Positions 57,100 to 64,000 of a stretch of 64,000 bases of DNA are shown piece by piece. The notes beneath the pieces are model-generated. The model was not told where the DNA came from. It saw only the letters and a list, made by a program, of their open reading frames with translations, and searched no databases. The stretch lies in contig JAUICP010000003.1 in assembly GCA_030427805.1 (NCBI GenBank), positions 131,758 to 195,757 on the forward strand. The letters run 5' to 3'. This stretch comes from Bdellovibrionia bacterium (GTDB taxonomy: Bacteria > Bdellovibrionota > Bdellovibrionia > Bdellovibrionales > JAGQZY01). Both the position numbers and the translations under genes were made by a program. Within the stretch, counting starts at the first letter, position 1. Each line of letters starts with the position of its first letter.

Positions 57100-57642
57100 T
57101 TACTTCTTCCTGAATTGCATCCAAGATTCTTGATTCTTCTCGAGAAAACCGAGAACCGACTCTGCATTAGTTTCTGTAAAACAGGTGTGAGGGTCATGGC
57201 TAAAGTCTTCGTAGAAAAGCTTTTTAAGTTTTCCATTCTCGATAATCATAGCGTAGCGGTGGCTCCGAAAGCCATAACCCTCACTCGTAAAATCAACGAG
57301 CATGCCAATACTCTTAGCCCAATCTCCATTGCCATCCGGTAGAAATTTTAAAGAAGAAAGTCCCTGATCCTTTGCCCACGCATTGAGAACATGACTGTCA
57401 TTCACTGCTGTCACATAGATTTCCGAAAACCCAAAGTCTTTGAATTTCTCTAGATTAAACTGATAGCCACCGAGCATCGATGATGGGTAATCAGACCAAA
57501 AGGCTCCCGGTATGCCCAGAACGAGGCACAAGCCCTCACCTAAAACCTCTCGACTCGAACGAGAAATATAATTCACACCTTCCTTGAAAAAAAATGAAGT
57601 CTCGGGAATATCTTCACCCAATCGAAGCATTCTATGGGCCAT
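57100..57642 (-). CDS. Peroxiredoxin-5/redoxin-fold protein lacking the peroxidatic cysteine
   Basis: LVLGIPGAFWSDYPSS where Prx5-type enzymes have PGAFTPTCS. VNDSHVLNAWAK, FLPDGNGDWAKSIG, RSHRYAMIIENG. ATG 57642 is preceded by GGGAGGG. Confidence 0.6.
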   Translation of the reverse strand: MAHRMLRLGEDIPETSFFFKEGVNYISRSSREVLGEGLCLVLGIPGAFWSDYPSSMLGGYQFNLEKFKDFGFSEIYVTAVNDSHVLNAWAKDQGLSSLKFLPDGNGDWAKSIGMLVDFTSEGYGFRSHRYAMIIENGKLKKLFYEDFSHDPHTCFTETNAESVLGFLEKNQESWMQFRKK

Positions 57643-58918
57643 GGGCCCTCCCTTCATTTAAAATTTTTCGATCCACTTTAAAACCCAGGGAGTGAGCGGC
57701 CATGGGCATATGGTCGATGATTGAAATGCCTCGTTTGTTATCGAGGGCTTCAATAAAGCGACGCAGATCATCTTTAAGATGACTCTTGTCTTCTTGCTTT
57801 TCGATAAAATTGATAATGCCTTGTATTTCAGAAATCAGCTTTTCATCTCTTTCACAACTGATTTGACTTTTGAATTCTGAAATCAGGCTTGATAGGTCGC
57901 TTACAATCCATTCTTTTTCGTGAGGTTCTAAAAGGTCTGGCTGTTGGAACTCGGGGTGATAAACGCGAAACAAGTGAAAACCAAAACTCTTATAGGGCCA
58001 CATCCAACGAAAATAATCGCGCAATCCAAATAAACTGTAAGCACTGATACTGTGTTGAAAATTAAGACCGACATGGTCATCCACTCGGTCCATCACTCGA
58101 TGCACGTTTTTAAGCCAGGAATTCCATTTTGTCGGGTAACGAATATATTCATTTTGTTTTTCATAACCATCGACACTGAAATTAATTTCGACTTCGTTAA
58201 AATTACCCGTTAGCTCGATAAAACGTCTTGGCACGACAATACCGTTGGTCGTAACTTGCAAGCGCATACCCTGGCTCTGCCCTGACTCAACGAGGATTTC
58301 GAGAAACTTCATCATGTAGGGGTTAATGAGTGGTTCCCCGCCAGTGAATTTCAAATTGGTGAGATCTTGAGAAATATTTAATAGGTCCGACCAAAACTTT
58401 GGGTCTTCAGCCCATTGATAGTCAATATCGAACAGCTGACTATTCACATCTCCAGTAAGACCCGTTTTAAAGGGAGGTTGTTCATCCCAACCCATTTCAC
58501 GCCATTCTTTCAAAATGCGGCTCGAAGAACTGGGGTCGCAAAATAGGCAACTGGCATTGCACTTGTTCCCCAATTTAAGGTCCAAGCTTTTTGGTTTTTC
58601 CAGAGCTTCTGCAAAAACACCCAATTCTCTTATGGCTCTTTGTCGATAACTTTCGGCCCCATTGCTTTCGTATTCAAAACAAGCTTCACATTCTTTGATC
58701 GGCTCCCCGGCCAAATGCTTCTCTCTCACCCAGTTCATGTAATCACTTTGCCAAAACTCACTGAGTGAATGGCTCTTAACATCGAATTGAAAGGTCCCGG
58801 GAAACTCTGATACAAAACCGTGGGCCTCTGCCGAAGAACAACAGAGCTTATACTGCCCCGTTGGCGTCGTCGTGATTTGGGAAAATGGATAGGCGCAATA
58901 ATGGCGTTTTTTCGACAA
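57632..58918 (-). CDS. Radical SAM enzyme with an N-terminal Cys-rich (twitch/SPASM-like) module
   Basis: TTG start. N-terminal C-x17-CC (with GQYKLC) and CEAC, then CNASCLFC (CX3CX2C). Same layout as the 44404 protein. Confidence 0.75.
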   Translation of the reverse strand: MSKKRHYCAYPFSQITTTPTGQYKLCCSSAEAHGFVSEFPGTFQFDVKSHSLSEFWQSDYMNWVREKHLAGEPIKECEACFEYESNGAESYRQRAIRELGVFAEALEKPKSLDLKLGNKCNASCLFCDPSSSSRILKEWREMGWDEQPPFKTGLTGDVNSQLFDIDYQWAEDPKFWSDLLNISQDLTNLKFTGGEPLINPYMMKFLEILVESGQSQGMRLQVTTNGIVVPRRFIELTGNFNEVEINFSVDGYEKQNEYIRYPTKWNSWLKNVHRVMDRVDDHVGLNFQHSISAYSLFGLRDYFRWMWPYKSFGFHLFRVYHPEFQQPDLLEPHEKEWIVSDLSSLISEFKSQISCERDEKLISEIQGIINFIEKQEDKSHLKDDLRRFIEALDNKRGISIIDHMPMAAHSLGFKVDRKILNEGRAHGP

Positions 58919-59020
58919 TCGAATCTCCCTGGATACTGGTAACTATTATGGGGAATGTTGAAATGAGGAGCAATACATTAATTGCTTGAGAATCAGATTG
59001 TAAGGGCCTAACCTCAAGAT

Positions 59021-59590
59021 ATGCTCTATCATCGCTTTATACCTCAGCTGAAATACAAAGCCCATATTTTCGAATCTATTTTATCATTCGCTCGGGAAAA
59101 TCCAAAACTATGGAAGAACGGCTATGATTCAAATGGTCAATTATGGAACATCAGAGAAATGCCTCTCGATTACAAATCCTTCCCCATCCTCGAAGAGATC
59201 TACGAAAGCCTCAAAGCGGAGTTCAAAAGGCCGTCCTTCTTTCTGAGCCATGTGCCTCCCGGAGGACTTGTTAACCACGTGGATCATAGGAAGTGGGGAA
59301 ACCTTGCTTTCCCCTTGGATGGCCCCTTTGACAACACACCCATTTCATTTCACGACCCCTTCAATCAAGTTATTGAACAATTTCACTTTAAAAAAACCGA
59401 GGACAATTCATATATTCCCGCTGTATTCAACACGAGAATGCTTCATTCGGTTCAAGTTCCTCTCGACAACAAAGGGGAGCGAATTGTTTTGATGATGGAT
59501 CTCTTTGAGTGGCCCGGTCATATTTTTGACAAAATCGATCAGGGCGAATTCTGGAAGTCCGGGCCTACCCTTAAGTGGCAGACCCCTTAG
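59021..59590 (+). CDS. HxD...H protein (cupin/Fe(II)-oxygenase-like), C3
   Basis: VPPGGLVNHVDHRKWGNLAFPL...VFNTRMLHSVQV...GERIVLMMDL. A clear paralog of C2. Confidence 0.45.
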   Translation: MLYHRFIPQLKYKAHIFESILSFARENPKLWKNGYDSNGQLWNIREMPLDYKSFPILEEIYESLKAEFKRPSFFLSHVPPGGLVNHVDHRKWGNLAFPLDGPFDNTPISFHDPFNQVIEQFHFKKTEDNSYIPAVFNTRMLHSVQVPLDNKGERIVLMMDLFEWPGHIFDKIDQGEFWKSGPTLKWQTP

Positions 59591-60885
59591 ATTTTCATAT
59601 CGAAGCTCAAATTGACTAATTGCCGCAATCGACGCAAAGAGCCAGTTTGTTTCTCGCCATCTAAGACAGCAGTGAGCTCATTAAATGCCTTCTTATCACA
59701 TAGAGCGAACTCGGTGAGCGCTTTAAACTTACTCGACAAGTCAGGACGATTTCCTGATACAAATCCGCGATTAAAAGAAAAATCTTTTTTGATAACTCCT
59801 GAAACCGTTTCAATTTCGATTTGATGATCCATAAACTCCAGATTCGGATTTATCTGCACATGAATCTCATTTTTCTGGGAATGAAAAGTAGAAATCAATT
59901 CTTCGCAAATTAAGAAACTCGAAAAATCCACATCCTGCTTCTGTAAACACAGCCAAAGACAAAATTCGGGGCTAAAGCCAACTTCATAGTTATTTTGAGG
60001 TTGATCGTAATGCAGTATTTTTCGCGAGTAGGAAGAAAGCTTAAGGGAAACAGATTTTATATCCCGACGACCCAATGATTCTGAATTCATTAAGGCTAAA
60101 AAATTTTCCACCACGGGAACCAGGCAGTGACAGAGTGGATAGGTTTTCGAGTGGATGAAATTAAGGTTAGACTCTAAATATGGAGAGTGGGGCTCAGGGT
60201 TTCCTGAATACAATTCAACCAGGCGTTTAAAATCATCATCCGTCATTGGCTCAGCCCGTGGCATTGATCGAACGATCTGACAGGCGACAATGGCATTCTG
60301 GGAGGCACGAGCCGAATTGAGAAACTTCGATGGACTCGCAAAAACTAAATGGTTCCCAGAAAGAAGAGTACTCACTGACTTAAGGGCACTGAGCTTTTCT
60401 TCGTCGGAAAATTCCAGAAAGTGGCAACAGGCTAATGTTGCGGCGATACTGCCAAGAGTGCCCGTTCCATGCCAGCCACTTCCGTAGTGGTGAGGATTGA
60501 AATAGGGGCCAAAAAACAGAAGTGACGACATTCCATAGTAAGCGGATTCGAGCAAGTGATCGACTGATTTTTCATCGTCCGGAAGCGATAAAAGGGCCGA
60601 AAACACGACCGCCGAGGGATGGGTTTCGCCAAAGAATTCCGAGTCATCAAATTCGTGGTAATGGCTGAGGTAACCGAGCAAAAAGGATCGATCTACAGCC
60701 CGCATGGTATCCGATTTGCGCCAGTTTTTAGATTCGAAGTAAGTAGAAAAGAATTCATCTGCGCTGCGTTTTGCATAGGCGTAAATCAAACAGGAGAGCC
60801 AGTCCTTTAAAAGTCTTTTTGCCTCTAGGCAGCCCTTGGTATTTTTACTGGTATGTCCATTGAGACGATTCACTATTTCAAGCAA
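59587..60885 (-). CDS. MmgE/PrpD-family protein
   Basis: TTG start. HYHEFDDSEFFGETHPSAVVFSALL and GWHGTGTLGSIAATLACCHFL match the two hallmark PrpD-family regions. Confidence 0.75.
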   Translation of the reverse strand: MLEIVNRLNGHTSKNTKGCLEAKRLLKDWLSCLIYAYAKRSADEFFSTYFESKNWRKSDTMRAVDRSFLLGYLSHYHEFDDSEFFGETHPSAVVFSALLSLPDDEKSVDHLLESAYYGMSSLLFFGPYFNPHHYGSGWHGTGTLGSIAATLACCHFLEFSDEEKLSALKSVSTLLSGNHLVFASPSKFLNSARASQNAIVACQIVRSMPRAEPMTDDDFKRLVELYSGNPEPHSPYLESNLNFIHSKTYPLCHCLVPVVENFLALMNSESLGRRDIKSVSLKLSSYSRKILHYDQPQNNYEVGFSPEFCLWLCLQKQDVDFSSFLICEELISTFHSQKNEIHVQINPNLEFMDHQIEIETVSGVIKKDFSFNRGFVSGNRPDLSSKFKALTEFALCDKKAFNELTAVLDGEKQTGSLRRLRQLVNLSFDMKI

Positions 60886-60976
60886 AATAAAAACCTTTCT
60901 CGGTTGCCAGCTAAAACCCCTTCAGCAATACTTATAGCTGAGTGGTTCAACTATAGCTTCTTACAAAAGAGGGTCA

Positions 60977-61630
60977 ATGGAAACTGATCTCAAGCAACTG
61001 AAAGCCCTACAAAGACTTTACTCAATGGGTGATTGGCTTAAACTACCCAATTTCGATTGCAAAAAGTTGACTGAGGAAATTCAAAGTTTCGAAAATCAGT
61101 GGCCCATATACAATCCTCGAAAACTAAAAAATAGATATGGCTTGAGCGTGACCAGTCTCGACGGTGGGATCTCAGGAGTTCCCGACCTGGACAGCCTCTT
61201 CGAATACAATAATGAAAACGGCACACAATACAATAATCAGTCCTTCAAGAGCTTGACGCCCGTTTATCACGCCTCTCCAGAATTACAGAAAATCTTAGAG
61301 CCCTATTTGCCTTGGCTCGGACGGTGCCACTTTATACGCCTCGAACCGGGGGGCTACTTTCCTGAACACTATGACATCGGTAAATTTAATTACGACGAGG
61401 ATGAAATCAGGTTGATCGGAATGGTCCAGAACACTGATTACTATAGTTTTAAGTTTTGCTATGAAAAACAAATCTTAACTCATCTTTACGACGGAGAGCT
61501 ATATTATTTTAATGCCAATAAAACTCACTCAGTTTTTGCCATGGATGCTCCCGTCACTTTTCTAGTGATTACTTTGAAATTTACGACTGAAACCTATGAG
61601 ACACTCGTAAAAAATTATGTCTGCTCCTAA
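60977..61630 (+). CDS. HxD...H protein (cupin/Fe(II)-oxygenase-like), C4
   Basis: LEPGGYFPEHYDIG...YYFNANKTHSVFA. Confidence 0.45.
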   Translation: METDLKQLKALQRLYSMGDWLKLPNFDCKKLTEEIQSFENQWPIYNPRKLKNRYGLSVTSLDGGISGVPDLDSLFEYNNENGTQYNNQSFKSLTPVYHASPELQKILEPYLPWLGRCHFIRLEPGGYFPEHYDIGKFNYDEDEIRLIGMVQNTDYYSFKFCYEKQILTHLYDGELYYFNANKTHSVFAMDAPVTFLVITLKFTTETYETLVKNYVCS

Positions 61631-62936
61631 GAAAAAACTTTTACTTTTATCTCACGAGCGCTCCCTCAATAAATCTCAATCCCTTATTAGATACTATAGG
61701 AGTCAATTCGATATAACCCTCGTGGTTAATCAAGAGGTCAGTCCCCATAAATCCTATACCCAGCTTTGTTATGAAATTCTTATCAGTCCTAGCTTTCAGG
61801 CCGATGAGATCACGGCCAAAATTAAAAGTTGCGATAAAATTCTCTGTGTCAGCGAAAACCTTCTCCCAGTACAATCTCAGCTCGAAACTTACTACGGTAT
61901 AGATAACTTAAACTTTGAGACAGCAAAGATTTTATCTGACAAATTTCTATTGGCAGATTATCTCAAAAGAAATCATGCTCCCGTCAAACATCCCACGACA
62001 ACGATTGCGAGAAATAAAGAGGATCTTTCGAGTCTGGAAGGCAGCTTTATTATTAAGCCAAGCATCGGCACAGGGTCCAATTACTTTCTCGATAATCAAT
62101 TAGATGGTCTCGATTATTCGTTCTGGGGCTCCCATGGGGCCCTCAGCGAGGAACTCAAAAAAAGGCAAGCCTTGGAGCTGTTCTTTAAGCTCAATCGCGA
62201 GGGAATTCAAAAAAAACGCTTTAACAACAAAAAGAATTTCATGCTTTTTCAAAAGTATATCCCGGCAGATGGCCCGGTTTACAGCCCCATTGGCTATTTT
62301 GGCGAACACGGTCTCGTCATCCCATTTTATTTAAAGCTTATACGCTTTAACTCAAAATTCGAAAATGCCGATTTTCATTCGCCTGATCTCCACTTAAATG
62401 AGCTTTGCCATTCCGAAGAGAGACCATCAATTCTTGGGGACCTATTGGTAATGAGTGTTGCAAAAGAAGAAGTTCCCATGGAATTTCAGCACCAAGCTGA
62501 GTCCTATCTCAGTTTTTTATTTGAATCTCTAAAAATTAAAGAGTTGTTCTTTGCCGGCCCAGATCTACATAAAAGAGGAAATGAGTTTTTTGCAATCGAT
62601 TTCAATCCGCGAATGGGGCACTTCTTCAATCTCATCGATCACGTGAATAATAATAATTTAATCGAGTCCTTGGTCAATGGACACCCCCTTAATAGCCTCA
62701 ACCACTGCCTGTGGGGAGCGATTCCTACGAATCACTCAGAAATCGCCAACGAAGGGAGCCTTTCGGCAATTCGAGACTATATACCGCAAGAGGCTTTACC
62801 CCAGAGCTACCCCCATCCCCTTCCTTCAAAAGCCTACCTGCAAAGTAAACCTCGTTCACTCCAGGTTTTACTCCAAGGGAGAAATGAGGCCGAACTCACG
62901 CGAAATTATTTTGAAATCATTCAAAAATTTAACTAG
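61617..62936 (+). CDS. ATP-grasp-like ligase
   Basis: FIIKPSIGTGS, FMLFQKYI, FFAIDFNPRMG. The layout is compatible with ATP-grasp. Overlaps the C4 stop by 14 nt. Confidence 0.55.
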   Translation: MSAPKKKLLLLSHERSLNKSQSLIRYYRSQFDITLVVNQEVSPHKSYTQLCYEILISPSFQADEITAKIKSCDKILCVSENLLPVQSQLETYYGIDNLNFETAKILSDKFLLADYLKRNHAPVKHPTTTIARNKEDLSSLEGSFIIKPSIGTGSNYFLDNQLDGLDYSFWGSHGALSEELKKRQALELFFKLNREGIQKKRFNNKKNFMLFQKYIPADGPVYSPIGYFGEHGLVIPFYLKLIRFNSKFENADFHSPDLHLNELCHSEERPSILGDLLVMSVAKEEVPMEFQHQAESYLSFLFESLKIKELFFAGPDLHKRGNEFFAIDFNPRMGHFFNLIDHVNNNNLIESLVNGHPLNSLNHCLWGAIPTNHSEIANEGSLSAIRDYIPQEALPQSYPHPLPSKAYLQSKPRSLQVLLQGRNEAELTRNYFEIIQKFN

Positions 62937-63709
62937 AGATCATTGAGAATCTGATTGAGAATGGCCCGTCTGGCTGGTTCGTCTGACTTCAATAGCACAT
63001 CTATATGTTCGAACTGACTCGATTGACTCTTAAATGATTCATAATCGAAAAATAGATTTTCTAGAACGTCTTTTTCGACGAAGAGATTTTCAAAATCAAA
63101 AGAAATGACTCTGGCTATTTTGTTCTTTTCGTGGGCCATAAAGCTATGGTGAGCCTGCTTGATTCGACTTATTTGTGAGTCCTTGAACTCTTTTTTGAGA
63201 GCGGCTGGTAATTTTGACCAGGAGTCGAGTTCTGCTTGAAAAATGTGAACACGACTTAGATTTTTAAAAAAAGAATCCCTATGAAGGGGTAAGACTCCTG
63301 GGTAAACAGCGAAAATCCTCTCGAAACTATGGGGACTTGATAGTCCAAAATAACCACCGATACTTAATCCCAAGTGAACCTGCGCCTGACTCGCCCCTTC
63401 AGGGATCGATTGCAGAAAGTCCCAAAGGCTCACCGAAAACTGATCTTTATACTCCTCAGAATAGCCCCAGTTCAGCTTTTCAATTTTTAAAGACGAAAAG
63501 TGATCGAAAAGCTCGACCTCAACACCCTGGGATAAAAAGAAATCTGCAATATTGATTTCACTTTGACTAATACCATTGCTACCATGACTAATAGCGATTG
63601 TTTTGGTTTTCTCTCTTATACGCGGAGTCAAACGCCAAACAGATTGATTAAAATCTATGGATACATTTGAAGTACTAAAATTAGAACCATTGAGTGAGTC
63701 AAAAGGCAT
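62933..63709 (-). CDS. Alpha/beta (dienelactone-type) hydrolase-like protein
   Basis: IAISHGSNG, GLSIGG nucleophile elbow, QAHHSF. Confidence 0.5.
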   Translation of the reverse strand: MPFDSLNGSNFSTSNVSIDFNQSVWRLTPRIREKTKTIAISHGSNGISQSEINIADFFLSQGVEVELFDHFSSLKIEKLNWGYSEEYKDQFSVSLWDFLQSIPEGASQAQVHLGLSIGGYFGLSSPHSFERIFAVYPGVLPLHRDSFFKNLSRVHIFQAELDSWSKLPAALKKEFKDSQISRIKQAHHSFMAHEKNKIARVISFDFENLFVEKDVLENLFFDYESFKSQSSQFEHIDVLLKSDEPARRAILNQILNDL

Positions 63710-64000
63710 ATTAGAGCAATTTTATCAAAACTGCTCTAATGATGGAATTAAAAATAATTCCTCCGAAAAACAAATGAAGATCAATCGCTTTGATGGTGAT
63801 CAGTGGTGGGGAGTCCTTTTCGCGGATCAACTTATCGCAGTTAGCGGAGCCTACCCCTGTGACGATTTTGAGAAGAATGGTTGGCGCCTTCTTTTTCGAT
63901 CCGCCACTCTCAAGAAATTTCGCTCAAAGGCAGGACATTTTTCGAGAAATCTAAATCATGATTTTTGCTATGGCCATATTCTCCCTCTACAACTGGAGTT
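63657..64000 (+). CDS. Hypothetical protein, 5' part (runs off the window end)
   Basis: My translation from ATG 63657 is MDTFEVLKLEPLSESKGILEQFY...WWGVLFADQLIAVSGAYP...WRLLFRSATLKKF, open to nt 64000. It would overlap the divergent gene start by 53 nt, so the true start may be ATG 63774 (MKINRFDG). Confidence 0.3.
   Translation, partial: MDTFEVLKLEPLSESKGILEQFYQNCSNDGIKNNSSEKQMKINRFDGDQWWGVLFADQLIAVSGAYPCDDFEKNGWRLLFRSATLKKFRSKAGHFSRNLNHDFCYGHILPLQLE

Noticed and set aside
63657-63709. 53-nt overlap of divergent gene starts (62933-63709 minus and 63657+ plus) as a real overlapping-gene arrangement.
   Set aside because: It is more likely a start-codon misassignment. The plus ORF has an alternative ATG at 63774. 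It cannot be resolved without homologs or ribosome profiling.
39478-64000. Interpreting the cluster as a phosphonate/phosphinate pathway (B12-rSAM methylase, homocitrate-synthase-like, aconitase, cupin oxygenases, ATP-grasp).
   Set aside because: No PEP mutase, phosphonopyruvate decarboxylase or other C-P hallmark gene is visible in the window. The idea stays untestable here unless downstream sequence contains pepM.
1-64000. Searched by eye for CRISPR arrays, tRNA/rRNA genes, riboswitches (B12 or SAM upstream of the radical SAM operons), integrases and toxin-antitoxin or defence modules.
   Set aside because: I saw no regularly spaced direct repeats, no cloverleaf-compatible intergenic sequence and no conserved riboswitch cores. 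The intergenic regions are mostly under 150 nt. This absence is judged by eye only.

Overview
This window is a gene-dense chromosomal segment from a Gram-negative bacterium. I cannot assign a taxon from sequence alone. I found no rRNA, tRNA or CRISPR array.

Nt 1-39,450 carries mostly recognisable housekeeping and envelope genes:
- Lipid metabolism and repair: a FadE-type acyl-CoA dehydrogenase (partial, not in the ORF track), an AidB-like acyl-CoA dehydrogenase, a MutT-like Nudix hydrolase, RluA and MutM.
- Envelope: two beta-barrel outer membrane proteins, DedA, an SLT lytic transglycosylase, and several secreted hydrolases and peptidases.
- Other modules: a MoxR / DUF58 / transglutaminase (TgpA-like) operon, cyclophilin, an OmpR-type regulator, a PilZ protein and a CHASE2 adenylate cyclase operon.

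This part also holds four less ordinary items:
- A 1258-aa signal-peptide protein with an ABC1/UbiB kinase-like domain.
- An IS1-like element with a 9-bp target duplication, inserted exactly between the dedA stop codon and its terminator.
- An unexplained ~180-nt long hairpin inside that IS element.
- Two tandem paralogous secreted CxxCH proteins.

The most interesting region runs from ~39.5 kb to the window end (more than 24 kb, probably truncated). It is a tightly packed, apparently AT-richer gene cluster that I cannot match to any characterised pathway. Its content is:
- A PAPS-supply module (cysC, cysD, truncated cysN-like) and a NodH/Stf0-like sulfotransferase.
- A QueC-like PP-loop ATPase.
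- Five radical SAM enzymes, two of them with B12-binding domains.
- Four small paralogous HxD...H (Fe(II)-oxygenase-like) proteins and a Cys-less peroxiredoxin fold.
- A SAM methyltransferase and an aminotransferase.
- A homocitrate/isopropylmalate-synthase-like enzyme, aconitase-type subunits and a PrpD/MmgE protein.
- An ATP-grasp enzyme and a hydrolase.

All functional calls rest on motifs I read in the translations. No database search was run.
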